Source of the DNA: Gekko japonicus
Taxonomy: Eukaryota
Length of the DNA stretch: 64,000 nucleotides
Direction: 5' to 3'
Assembly (NCBI RefSeq): GCF_001447785.1
Contig: NW_015168777.1
Coordinates: forward strand, 1 to 64,000
Shown here piece by piece: positions 39,556 to 51,910 of this stretch. Positions within the stretch are counted from its first letter, which is position 1. Each line of letters starts with the position of its first letter. Made by a program: the position numbers and the translations under genes. A model generated the notes under the pieces. The model was not told the origin of the DNA, ran no database searches, and saw nothing but the letters and a program-made list of their open reading frames with translations.

Positions 39556-40837
39556 GCAGTCACATACAATCCCCATTTTGAATGGCCCACTGTAGTAATA
39601 GAGTAAAATTCTCAATGAACTATACTATTTGTAAAAACTGTGTCTTTTTACAATGCAAAAGTCTTCCAATTAACACATTCCAGTGTATCAATAAACAATA
39701 TCACAAGACCTGATCAATATGTCGTTCACTTAAAAAACACCCAGACAAGCAAGAAAACCTTCTGTCATGTCTGACTCCTTGCCGTGAAAATGGTGAATAA
39801 GTGCCTTTTCCTAGACAACATTGTTACTCACTCATTCAATTGGGGGGTGGGCTTGAGGCTGAGTGAAAGAGTGGCAATGGAACATAAGAGTGACCATCTT
39901 TGTTGGCTTTCCCACCCACAGTTCAATCATTCATCTCTTTCCCTTAGGGCATTAGTGACTCGTACATGCTTTGTAGGAGGGGGGACATTGGCAGTAGGAA
40001 CCATGTGATGACATCTTGCCAAGCCCCCCTCCCCAAATCCAGAACTGGCCTCAAGAATTCTCCATATAATATCCAGGGCTCTTTTTGTAGCAGGAACTCC
40101 TTTGCATATTAGGCGACACACCCCTAATGTAGCCATGAGAGCTTACAGAGCTCTTCTTACAGGGCTGGTGGCACAACATCACTAGTAGGGAATACTGGAA
40201 GTCAGGGCTTTTTTCTCTTTGTTCTTTTTTAAAAGAGGTGTTGGAACTATCAGAAGGGAAATGAAGTTTTCAATATGTATACTGAAAACTCAAGAACTTT
40301 TAAACATTTAAAAATAATTTTGTTGAAGAGGTTCCAGAACTCCATTCCAGCACGTTCCTCCAGAAGAAAAACCCTGCTGGAAGTCATGTTACATCACCAG
40401 CATGACATTGAGGTAATGGTCCAGTATTTCTGCAAAACTGTATGGTAAAACCATAGGTAAAACCAATGACTTTTGCCCAAACCCTAGAGCATTCTCTTGT
40501 CATTCTGATGGTGTGACATCACTTCTGGGTAAATGTTAGTAGTAATTTTGTGCCACCAGTACAGAGCTATTTTTTAAAACACACACAGAGACACACCTCA
40601 AAGCAAATTATGTGAATGTGGACACAGGTTAACACAAGCATTGAGGGTAAAATTCCTGGAATCAACATCTTATTCAGGCCAAGCTGAGGATGAGAAATAG
40701 AAATTAACCCCGTAGTGTATAGTTTGGCAAGAAGTCACCAATAAATTGCTAGTTAGGACTTCCTGATCCCTATGAATTACTTAGCTCCATTTATTTATAT
40801 GAGGGAGAAGAACATACACTTTCCCTTCAACCAATGC

Positions 40838-40839
40838 GA

Positions 40840-40906
<67 letters not shown>
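40838..40906 (+). repeat. (AAAG)n microsatellite
   Basis: Direct reading. Confidence 0.95.
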
Positions 40907-40908
<2 letters not shown>

Positions 40909-41124
40909 TGGTTTTACAAAAAAGTCAATATTTCTTTATATGTATAACATTATTTATAACATAGCATGCTTTTTAAAATCCTGTAGTTCCTGTGTGGGTT
41001 AAGGGTTCTCTTTTCTGTGATCAGGTATTAACTGGACTTTTCATGCAATAGCTTCTAGCTGTTCCCATTTTAGTTCTAGGAAACATAGCAAATGAGTGGG
41101 GTGAGGACATCTTCTGAGGCTATG

Positions 41125-41312
41125 ACCCTTGGGATTCAAGTGCTAATTTCAGTTCTAGTCCCAAGATGAAGATATGAGAAGATAAGGAGATAATCATGCA
41201 TGCAACAATACAAACCCACACCAACCCACTCTTCTAACACATGCTGTATGCAGCTGCATAGCAAGACAAGGGCGGGGAAGAAAACTCCCACTCACATATA
41301 TATCAGGTAAAA
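41125..41312 (+). promoter_or_regulatory. Candidate promoter and non-coding first exon of the OR6Y1-like gene
   Basis: O/E (EBF)-like ACCCTTGGGA 41125-41134, homeodomain CTAATT 41143-41148, donor CAG|GTAAAA at 41307. Confidence 0.4.
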
Positions 41313-43155
41313 TCCCTTATTTCTTCTTTTACAAAATTGCTTATTGTGCTTTGACTGAAAGATCTATGCATGTCAAGAGGGAACATATACTCAGTTGGTG
41401 TGACACATGCACTAGTTAAGTGTATAAATTTGCACAGATGATTATCTAACAAATATATTTTGTATCCATATGAAAGACAATATGAAACAGTGGGGTTGGT
41501 AGTGCATAGACAGTTGGATGTCTTCCTAGAAGACCTGGTCCCATATCTCGTTTATGCCATGCATAACCTTGGGCAAATTACTGTCCCTCAAATCCAATTC
41601 CCCTGAAAATTGTAGGGCCAGTTCACATATGCAAGTATATGATTTGATTTCTCATTGTCCACTAGACAGCATTACATTTGAGGGGGTGTGGTGTAATATG
41701 GACATTCTATACATGATGATAGCTCTTTGGTGGCACATATATACACAGAATCATTTGATACTTCAGTCATTAAATGATGTATAAACATATTTCAACTGGC
41801 CCATGATGACCCCTCATACAAGGCTGCTCTGAGGAGAAATTGAGGTGAAAAAGTATTGAACATGTTTAAATGCTGTAATTTATAAAAGACATTTGGTAGG
41901 ATCTAGCAAGCTTTCTTGTTCAGAGTTACCAAATTTCTTCCCGCAGCCCCAATCCTACATGGCTCTTGACCATGCTTGTACCATTATCACCAGCACAGCT
42001 TATTTTAGTGGGGATTTCTTCCCTTTTCAACATTAAAAAGCTGATTGGATCCAACTGATAGGGCTTACATTTGTCTATCTCTGCACATAATTGCACTATA
42101 AGAGAACCTGTTATGCTGCTGATTTGGCAGGCCACTCTACTTCTTAGGAAGACTAAATATTCCCTCTAGAAGTTATTCCTGCAAGTAAGAATGGATGAAA
42201 AAAAATATGATTTGTTTAATAGTCCCATGTGCTCTTTAATGCATCAGCTCTTTGGTAGAGGGAAGAAGCTGTTGGCTGGCTGGACTATCTTATTCTGTAA
42301 TTATATTTCACAGCTAATTGCCCAAATTGATTGTGAAGAGCAGAGCAGCATACAGAGTTACTCCTGTCTAAGTTAATTTTCAGTGGGCATAGCCTGGAGT
42401 AATTCTGTTCATGGTGGCACTGTTAGTAGCATGCTATAACAGGGGAGTAAGGGAGTCCAGCTTGCCAACCCTCTAGCAAAGAGCTAATGTGCTAAAGAGG
42501 ATTCTGATGACAGTTCAGTACATTGGCAAAACCCCTACAGAAATTACTTTGAATGACTGACTTTCAGCTACTGTCCGTGGGCAAAAATGAGGGCAGATTT
42601 TTTTTTTGCCTAGTATCCCCCTTGGTTCTGCAGATGGTATTCTTGTAACCTTGTCACAGCAATGGCATCACGAACAATGGCAGACTGACTTGGAAATAAA
42701 TCCCTGATTTCTAATTAATGTACGTTGAAGGAATTGTACTTGGCATGTCAGTGTTAGACTGCAATCTGGAACCAGTTACATATACTGAAAATAGGGTGCA
42801 GTCCAAAGCATGGTTAGGTTGCTTAATCCCATGGAAATCATTGAGCTTTCCATTCAGGGACAAGTTGGTTCATAGATGACTTGAGGACACCTGAATGACA
42901 AGGTACAGGTTTGCAGCATTATTTTGCTTGAAGCTGTCAAGTGAAGCAGTTGTATGTAACTTACAACATGTTTGCTGTGACATTTACAGGGGGAAAATAA
43001 CTTCTATGCCTTTTATCATGATTAAAGAATTTAAAAATGTCAATACTGAAAGGTCTTGTAGGTTGAAAAATGCTAGAGCATGCAAAACCACCAAATGATG
43101 TTGCATTGCATCTTTCAGTCTTTGCTAATCACAGCACTGATTCAGCTTTCAAGAA

Positions 43156-44079
43156 ATGGATGAAAGAAACAAGACCAACGTCAGGTATTTCATCCTTCTG
43201 GGATTCCCTTCCTCTGCTGAGCTTCAGGTACTACTTTTTGTCCTGTTCCTCCTGGCATATCTCCTGACTCTCACAGAAAATTTTATCATCATTTTAGTCA
43301 TCCGGCTCAACAGTAACCTTCACAAGCCCATGTACTTTTTCTTGTGCAACCTTTCCTTCCTGGAAATCTGGTACGTCACCATCATAGTCCCTAAAATGCT
43401 GGCAGATTTTCTCACACAAGATAAATATATCTCGTTCCAGGGTTGCCTGACACAGTTGTATTTCTTTGTCACCTTCGTATGCAGCGAGTATATCCTTCTG
43501 GCCGTCATGGCCTATGACCGGTACTTGGCAATATGTAACCCATTGCGTTACCCAAGTATTATGAGCAACACCTTCTGTGCCCAGCTGTCAGCAGGATGTT
43601 GGACATGTGGCTTGATTACCTCTGCCATCAAGCTTACTTTCATTGGCCAGCTGAAGTATTGTGGTACCGACAAGATCAACCACTACTTCTGTGACATTTC
43701 ACCCCTCTTGAATGTCTCCTGTACCGACTCCTCCCTGGCCGAGCTGGTGGACTTCATCTTAGCCCTTATGGTGATCATGGTCCCACTTTGCATCGTTGTG
43801 ATGTCATACATCTACATTATTTCAACTGTACTGAAGATCCCTTCAGCTCAGGGCAGGAAAAAAGCCTTCTCCACCTGCAGCTCTCATCTTACAGTAGTGG
43901 TGCTGTTCTACTCTACTACACTCTTTACCTATGCACGGCCCAAAGCCATGTATGCCTACAACTCCAACAAATGGGTATCGGTGCTCTACACGGTTGTAGT
44001 GCCCCTTCTGAACCCTCTCATATACTGCCTCAGGAACAAGGAAGTCAAAGATGCCTTGAGGAAGACACTGTCTGCTTAA
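43156..44079 (+). CDS. OR6Y1: Olfactory receptor OR6Y1-like, 307 aa, intact
   Basis: [56 protein letters not shown] are diagnostic of recalled OR6Y1. Confidence 0.92.
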   Translation: MDERNKTNVRYFILLGFPSSAELQVLLFVLFLLAYLLTLTENFIIILVIRLNSNLHKPMYFFLCNLSFLEIWYVTIIVPKMLADFLTQDKYISFQGCLTQLYFFVTFVCSEYILLAVMAYDRYLAICNPLRYPSIMSNTFCAQLSAGCWTCGLITSAIKLTFIGQLKYCGTDKINHYFCDISPLLNVSCTDSSLAELVDFILALMVIMVPLCIVVMSYIYIISTVLKIPSAQGRKKAFSTCSSHLTVVVLFYSTTLFTYARPKAMYAYNSNKWVSVLYTVVVPLLNPLIYCLRNKEVKDALRKTLSA

Positions 44080-45564
44080 AAACTGATGCAGAATGATTTG
44101 TATTTATATTGTATTTATTATTGCTTTATCAAAAACAGATGTGAGCACAAATGGATTTGAGATTCAGTACTCTACTCTTTTCCATCAAATTTAAGTGAAG
44201 CGAATTGGTAGTTGTGACAACTTTTTGACAATCGTGGCATAATCTTATTTGTTCCAGGCTGGCTATTATTCTTATAATTATCATTAATACTATGCTTATT
44301 GTTGTTGTTCCAACAAAAAAAACCCCACTAACAATGTTCTAATAATTGCTGAGCATGAGTCGAAATATTAACAAGTTTCTGAAAATTATTTTCATCCATT
44401 GTGTTGATAATTAATATATTATTTTAAATCATTGACTTGTTTATTTAGTTTCAAAGTCAGAGTGGAGTCAACGTTTGCAAAGTACAGGGAAAGACCTTTG
44501 GCTAGCATTGTTATGGGGAGGGGAATTTTTCTTTCTGAAGGGTCCTTTTTAAAGATATGGCCACTAATTCCTCTTGTTCTATTTTTCTTCTTCTTCAAAA
44601 AGAGGGGTGAATGAATGAATGAATGAATGAATGAATGAATGAATAATTTATTGCAGTCCACAACCAGATACTAGTTCACACAGCAAATCATTTTGAGGGA
44701 TGTCTCTTATTGGGAGGGGAATCAAGGCATCTTTTTTGTAACTTCTTCCCTTGCAGTTGTTTTATGTTGCACAACACAAAGTGTTGCTGTGGTTGGATGA
44801 TAGTAAGGTTTGGGAAGACATTGCCTGCCTCTGAGCATCTCCAGAGTAAAATTCTGAAATGTTGCAGAGCCTCCCTTCCTGCCTTTTTCTCTTTGAATTT
44901 CACTTTGATCAAAATCGAATTGATTGGAAACAGTCTCCAGTTCCCTAAAAAAAGTGGGAAAGAAAAGGATTATTGGATTTCAGGGACAAATCGGGTAAAG
45001 AGGGATTAAGATCTTAATAATGTTACCTCTAGCCAAGTGCAAATACCAGAACTCCAGAGATGATCTGCAGCCACTCAGCATGCACTGGCTAGAGGAAGGA
45101 GGTACTACAAGCTTTCTTTTACCCAGCTTTTTCTCCAAGGAGCTCAAGGCAGCCTCCTTCATTCTCCCCTTCACCATGTTATCCTTATGAAAACCCTGTG
45201 AGGTTAGGTTGGAATGAGAGAGCAGGTGGCTCAAGGTCATGCAGTAAGCTCCGAGGCTGAATGGAGACTTGAATATGGGTCTTTCAGGATCAATTGACCC
45301 CCTAACAACTCTAGCACACTGCTCAGTTAATTAAATGCTTGGAGCAACTGGGAGACCTTGTTACTTCCTCTGATTTTCTATCTTTCCTCTGTAGCCAGCA
45401 CAGTCTGTCTTTTTTTATTGGGAGTAGTGGCTTCTGCACAGTCCCAGCCTCCAGACACTCCAGGTGAGCAACAGGAAGTATGGTTCCTCATCTAAACAGG
45501 GCCACCACGAGAGAGGACTAGGGGGAGGAGGAGGAGCAGCAGCAGCAACAATATTATTGGGACC

Positions 45565-45774
45565 TATGGTTGCCAACCTCCAGGTGGGTGCTGGAGATCT
45601 CCTGGGATTGTAACTGATCTCCAGACAAGAGAGATCAGTTCCCCTGGAGAAAATAGCTGCTTTGGAGGATGGACTCTATGGAATTCTACCCTGGTGAGAT
45701 CCCTTCCCTCTCTGAACCCCAGGCTCCACCCTTCAAATCTCCAGAAATTTCCACAGCAGGAGTTGGCAACCCTA
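45565..45774. mobile_element. hAT MITE
   Basis: TATGGTTGCCAAC / GTTGGCAACCCTA; TSD TTGGGACC/TTGGGGCC. Confidence 0.85.
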
Positions 45775-46010
45775 TTGGGGCCCAAGTCAGTTGGAAGGCC
45801 CCACCTGGAGGCTGGCAACCCTAACCAGTGATGTGTTAGGAATCAATACTGCACTGGGTTAAATCCAGCCAGGTTTTTTACTTGCTCAGTTCCCCTCCTT
45901 ATTATAACTCCTGTCATACATGGCTTTTGTACATGAAGGGCCAATGATTCCCAGTATAGCCAAAAAAATTTGGTGGTCAAAAGGACCCCTCTTTCCTTAA
46001 TACCCTATAT

Positions 46011-46442
46011 CAGGGGCGTCGAACTCATTTGTTATGAGGGCCAGATCTGACATAAATGAGACCTTGTTGGGCTGGGCCATTTGTGTCATTAAATGTAATG
46101 TCAGATAGCGGAGATATAAACTTTATAAAGGACACAAACACAAAGGGTGGTTTTTTTTACTTAAAATAAAATCATGCTTAAAACATTAGCACTCTTGCAA
46201 TATTTTGTTTATTTAAAAGTGTCTGATAACTGACACCTCTTGCTCTGAATTATTGCATCAAAATGTCTGTGCTGTTGCAATGTTGAGTATGCTGTTCAGG
46301 TGTATCTCTGTAAGCTGCAAACCTATGATGATGCAGCAGCAGCAGAACTGGAAGAAGAAGCAGAAGACAGCCAGTTCCACTGCGGGCCAATAGAAGCCTT
46401 CTGGGGGCCTGATTTGGACCCCAGGCCGCATGTTTGACGCCC
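46011..46442. mobile_element. hAT-Charlie-like MITE
   Basis: CAGGGGCGTCGAAC..GTTTGACGCCC, with CCCTATAT on both sides. Confidence 0.7.
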
Positions 46443-46774
46443 TATATGGCTTGGAGGCAGGGTATCTGAAGGAGAGTCTTCTTCCATATGTTCCTTCCCA
46501 GGAATTAAGATCACAGAGAGAGGCCCTCCTGAATGTCCCAGCAATCCAAGAAGCTTGTTTGGTGGGTACACAAGATGAGACCTTTTCAGTGACAGCCCCA
46601 CGATTATGGAACAACCTGGCCCCCTCTCTTTTGATCTTCAGGAGGCAGCTGAAGATGTTTTTATTTATGATTGTGTTTGATTAAAGCAGTCCTAAATTGT
46701 GATTTTAGATTTTGGCTTTATGTATTTCTGTACTCTATGTATTTTATTCATATTGTAAACCACCTTGGGCTCCA
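46443..46774 (+). mobile_element. L2 LINE 3' fragment
   Basis: LYGLEAGYLKESLLPY..LRS..FSVTAPRLWN..FRRQLK. Confidence 0.8.
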
Positions 46775-47320
46775 TAAGGAACATAAGAACATAAGAGAAG
46801 CCAATGTTGGATCAGGCCAATGGCCCATCCAGTCCAACTCTCTGTCACACAGTGGCCAAAAATACCAGGTGATATCAGGAGGTCCAGCAGTGGGGCCAGG
46901 ACACTAGGAGCCCTCCAACTGTTGCCCCCCCCCAAGCACCTAAAATACAGAGCATCATTTGCCCTGGAGTCCCTATCTATACCTTGTGGCTAATAGCCAC
47001 CGATAGACCTCTGCTCCATATGTTTATCCCATTCCTCTTGAAGCCGTCCATGCTTGTAGCCACCAACACCTCCTGTGGGAGTGAATTCCATGTATTAATC
47101 ACTCTTTGGGTGGAGAAGTACTTCCTTTTATCTGTTCTAACCCAACCACTCATCAATTTCATGGAGTGCCCACAAGTTCTTTTATTGTGAGAAAGGGCGA
47201 AAAGTACCTCTTTCTCTACCTGCTCTATCCCACGCATAATCTTATAAACCTCCATCATGTCATCCCTCAGCCATCGTTTCTCCAAGCTAAAGAGCCCCAA
47301 GTGCTTTAACCTTTCTTCAA
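46775..47320 (-). mobile_element. CR1 LINE 3' end
   Basis: GLFSLEKRWLRDDMMEVYKIM..RTCGHSMKL..RKYFSTQRVINTWNSLP; (TTCTTATG)n tail. Confidence 0.92.
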
Positions 47321-47937
47321 GAAATGCAACTAATACATTTTAAATAAATAAAATAAATTAATAAACAAAAAAGCTGCTTGGAGCCAATATACCACTACTA
47401 CTATTTCCTTCTGTTAACAATTACCTCAAGTAATTCATCAGTCAGAGACCAAGACTCGTGTTTATATATATGGAGCAAGGGACAAGTTTGGTCCAGACAT
47501 AATGCAAAACTATACTTTCACTATGATTAATCTGTGAAACCAGCATTCAGTTTACAGATGAAATTTCAGATTCAGATTTGCCTGGACAGATGCTGTTTTC
47601 ATCTCCCTCTTCCTGTCTCCAGCCTCCCCTGCAAAGACCTGGCTGGCTTTCTAACCTCCATTGTGGTGAGGGCAGCCCCATGAATCAAACCAGGCTTAAG
47701 TCAGGATGTCCACATGCATATGCTGCTCAGAACCTTAGTTAAGTTAAAAAAAATGTTTCAGATCTTGGTTTCAGCTGCCCTGATTAATCATAGTGCAGTG
47801 GCCCACATTTAGATAACCACACTACCTGAAATTCCAGGGGGTAGCCATGTTAGTCTTACATCAGAAATAAACAAGGGTCTTGTGATACCTTTGATTATTT
47901 GTTTTAGCCAACTTGGGGTAACCCTGTAGGGTTTTCA

Positions 47938-48296
47938 CAGGGTTGCCATTCCCCAGGTGCAGGCAGGGAATCCCCCACTTTTGGGAGCTTTTGCTCACTG
48001 CCGGCCAGCTGGCCGGCTGTTCTAGAAACCCCTTCCCACAAACAGTAACATCCCTGCATGATGTCCCCAACTTGCTGATATCATGCACAGTGACACTTTG
48101 GTTTGGGGGCAAAACTGTATGGTTTGACCCTGATTTTACCATAGTTTTGCCCAAAAACCAGAATATCACCCCCGATGTTGCCAACACAATGACATCACTT
48201 CTGTGTGATGTCAGTGCATTGGGGATATTCCTGCCCACTCCCAGAATGACTCCCAGATTCCCCCCCCCAGCAAGATGAGGGGACCTGGCAACCCTG
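47938..48296. mobile_element. hAT MITE
   Basis: TIR CAGGGTTGCCA / TGGCAACCCTG; perfect TSD GGTTTTCA. Confidence 0.9.
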
Positions 48297-48398
48297 GGTT
48301 TTCAAGGCAAGAGACACTCAGAGGTGGTTTGCCATTGCCTGCCTCCATGTCACAACCCTGGTATCTCTTGGTGGTCTCCCATCCAAATACTGACCAGG

Positions 48399-49803
48399 GT
48401 AGCCTGACCTGGATAGCCCAGGATAGCCCAATCTAATCAAATCTCAGAAGCTAAGCAGGGTTGGCCCTGGCTAGTATTTGGAAGGGCAACCTCCAAGGAA
48501 TACCAGGGATGTGACACAAAAGGCAGACAATGGCAAACTACCTCTGATATGTCTCTTGCCTTAAAAACAAGTCTAGCTCACCATTCCTAGTGGTGCCTAA
48601 CACTAAAAGAGCTAGAACTGACTGCCATACAATCTTAGGATCTCCTGGCTATACTACATGCACTGTCATATGATGATAATAACTACTACTACCACCACCA
48701 CCAGGGCCGGCTCGCCCACTAGGCGAACTAGGCCGTCGCCTAGAGCGCGAGCCAGCCGTTGGGGCGCAGGAGGAGAGGCAGGGGCGGCCGCCAGCAGCCT
48801 CTCATAGCCTGCAGCCTGGCCAGGGCAAGAAGGGCGAGGGAAGGGGGCAAAGGGGAGCGTGGTGAGGCAGGCAGGAAGGCACACAAGGAGCAAATCCCCG
48901 GGCCACTGCCAGGCCGCCAGCCCAATCAGCGCCCCCAGCTGGAAACTGTGGCGCTGCCGCCAGGCAAGGCCCTCCTGGCTGGCTTTGGAAGGCGCTTCTC
49001 CTCCTCCTCCTCAGGGGGAGAGGCGAGGGGCCCCGGCAGGCCGACCTGCAGAGCTGAGGGGCGATGAGGGGCGGGGGTGCGGGGTTGGGGTGCGGGGGGC
49101 AGGCAAGGCACACCTCCCCCCTGGCCCGCCACCGCCGCTTGTGGTGTTGGGGGGGAGAGGCGCGGGCGGGTGGCTCTGGAAGGCGCTCCTCTTCCTTCGC
49201 AGGTAGGGGGGGAGGCGGGGTCCCCTGGAGAGTCCCTGCACAGGGGGCGCCGGTGGGGAATGCCCGGCTGGCGCTGGGTCCTGCCCCTCGCGCTCCTCCT
49301 CCTCCTCTGCAGGTAGCCTGGGGGGGGAGGCGACTCGGCGAGAAGCCCGTCCAGCCTTCCTTCCTGCCTGCTTTTGGCCTGGCTCGGGGCTGCCTGAGAC
49401 CCGCCCGCTGCACCCGGAGGAGGAGGAACGGCCACCGCCGTTTCCTCTGACTGCCCTGGAGAGTCCCCATGTAGGGAGGCGGCAGCCAAGGCCAGCCCGT
49501 GCACCCCTCCAGTGGCTCGGCGATGAGGGGTCCTGTGTTCTGGACGGGCGAGGGGTTCTGCGCTGCACAGGAGACGCTCCTGGCCACGCTGCTCCTGCTG
49601 CTGCTCCTGCGCTGCCTAGAGGGAGGCCGCACCTCCGCCCTGGGCCCTCGCTCTCTGCCAGCACCAGCCCTGCGCCCCGTGCAGCCCTCTGTGCTTCCGG
49701 GCCCAGACCTGCCTGCCTGGCAAAGGGCCCAAGACTGGCGCGCTTCCCCCTTCCCCTGCACTTCTCTGCGGCCGGCCCTGACCACCACCACCATCATCAT
49801 CAT
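48399..49803 (+). mobile_element. Second 5S-derived SINE copy inserted into the first
   Basis: ATCTCAGAAGCTAAGCAGGGTTGGCCCTGGCTAGTATTTGGAAGGG; TSD CTGACCAGG at 48390-48398 and 49804-49812; trinucleotide tail. Confidence 0.75.
48702..49780. mobile_element. 1079-bp CpG-rich non-autonomous hAT element
   Basis: TIR CAGGGCCGGC / GCCGGCCCTG; 8-bp TSD ACCACCAC. Confidence 0.88.
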
Positions 49804-50141
49804 CTGACCAGGACCAACCCTGCTTAGTTTCTCAGATTGGGATAGCCTGGGCTATCTCTTGACTGTTCAGGAGTACAATAAAAGGATGCTGAAGTGCTGT
49901 GATACCTTAAGGAGTATTAATATTTGGTTCTAGGTTTAGCTTTGCCTGACTACAGCCCACTTTTTCAGAGGCACAGTAACCATAGTTTGATTAATTAAGC
50001 CATGTTTTTCCATGACAGCTGAAGTGAAGCACAGCTGTCTCGAAGACCAGGTGCCCCCTATAAAGTTTGTTGTAATGTCTCACTAAAATGAATACCAGTT
50101 CTAATATTTTACAGGGCTAACATTTTGGAAAAGTTTTCCAG

Positions 50142-50499
50142 TTAATTCCCTAGGAATGGAGACTATGTTATTGCCTACTTCTAGAGAGTGTCATTTCATC
50201 ATGTCCCAACTGACCTAATATGTGGAATGTGAAGTACAAACTAAGATAAGTCTATTAAATCAATGCAGGATGAAAGCACCTGAGACCATAACCTTTCTAC
50301 TAGGTTTGGATAAGTTTGGCTCACTCTGTCTTGCAGACTCAAAACTACTCAATCTGGATACAGTAGAAACAGTTCTTTATTTCAGTGTGCACAGCTTCTC
50401 CTCCTAGGAAGAAACACACACACACGCACATCTCCATCCACTGCTATGCAAGTTATCTGATGGAATCCTTCAGCACAGATTTTTTTTAAAAATGTAAGT
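50142..50499 (+). promoter_or_regulatory. Candidate promoter and first exon of the OR6A2-like gene
   Basis: TTAATTCCCTAGGAA (adjacent HD and O/E-like sites) and donor GTAAGT at 50494; acceptor TTTCTATGCAG ending 51895. Confidence 0.4.
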
Positions 50500-51183
50500 G
50501 TTATTTCTTTAAAGATATATGTATTGACTGTTCAGGAGTACAAAAAAAGGATGCTGAAGAAAGACACATTCAGGTTAGAGCAAAGTTTTAGTCCAGACCA
50601 ACCAAGTTTTATTCAAGGTATAAGCTTTTGTGTGCCTATATGTATGCACTACCTATATTTGAAGACAGGTAACTTCCATTTCATTGTACCCGAAGATGTG
50701 TGAGTGTGGTTACTCATTCACCCATGGAAGTCAGTAAGTCATGCATACCAGTGAACCATCCCCCAGATATACAGTAATCAAGTGCAGAGAAATCAAAATG
50801 AAGCCCAAGAGTGATAAAATCAGTCCCAGTTTTCCAGTAAAAATGTGGTTAGTCTAGACTCCAGTTTATTGTTATTGTAACAGACTAACACAGATCTCCT
50901 TTGGAGAAAATTAGTACCAGTTTCCAACTAATATTCTGCACATTAAGGAGGGCATTATAAAGGGAACAGTGCCATAGATTTAATGTCGGGGGGGAGGGAG
51001 GATAGGCAGTTTTATTGCTTTGTTTATTGTATTACACTGTTTTATTGCATCTTTTTTTAAAAAAAATCTAGTTTCTTTACACTGTTTTTTTGTATATATT
51101 ATACTATTATTATTGGATTAATTTAAAATTTGGTAATCTTTCTTGACTTTCAGGAAGAAAGGGAGATTATAAATGTGATAGGT

Positions 51184-51215
<32 letters not shown>

Positions 51216-51557
51216 TTACTAGTATACTACAGGGTTTTTTAAAAATTAAAATAACATCTTTCTTGAATTTGTTATATTTTAAAAATCAATGGTTCACCTC
51301 CCTGTTTGCCCTGCATAAACACCAGGATTTGCTTTCTTATTTTTAACTGTTTTTTTATATTTAATAAAAAAAATTTTAAAAAAAAACTTAAATAGAATTT
51401 ATTACATATTTCCTGGAGGCTGTGAATGAAATGCTTATGGCTACCTTGCAAGCTGCAGGTGGGAAGTGAGACGGTTTGTTTTACATTCTATCTACTGAAT
51501 TGCTCAGAAAATGGCCTCTTTGATGCTTTTCCTTATATATAATTTGTGTTAGCATTG

Positions 51558-51561
<4 letters not shown>

Positions 51562-51613
<52 letters not shown>

Positions 51614-51614
51614 T
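51562..51614 (+). repeat. (ATT)n microsatellite
   Basis: Direct reading. Confidence 0.95.
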
Positions 51615-51910
51615 TGTAACTCACTGGGGGGGGGTTGTGTGTGACAATACTCACCAGGATTTAGTAGTGGCACTTATGCACAGGACTCTCCCAAGTCCTG
51701 ATCCTGTGTGCTGGCCTGCCCCTCCCCCCAGCAATAGAAAGGGACAGTGGACTGTAAGAAACAGCCTAGTGGGGATCTGCAGAGTACAGGGGGAATTGTT
51801 GGAAATCAGAACAACCTTATATATGTGTACTGGCACCTTTTCCACAAACAAACAAAAGCTGTTAACTAACCATTGTTACTGTTGTTTCTATGCAGAACAC
51901 GCCTTCTACC

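Larger units (their letters stand above)
47900..49857 (-). mobile_element. 5S rRNA-derived SINE split by nested insertions (pieces 47900-47937, 48297-48398, 49804-49857)
   Basis: Minus strand shows AACTAAGCAGGGTTGG..AGTATTTGGATGGGAGACC (5S A and C boxes) and RTE-like tail GCAATGGCAAACCACCTCTGA..CTTGCCTTGAAAACCC. Confidence 0.75.

Noticed and set aside
48430-48510. 5S rRNA gene
   Set aside because: Only partial, diverged 5S similarity, joined to a LINE-like tail; it is a SINE.
48759-49807. Overlapping ORFs up to 333 aa
   Set aside because: Stop-poor GC-rich transposon interior, open in several frames, no recognisable domain.
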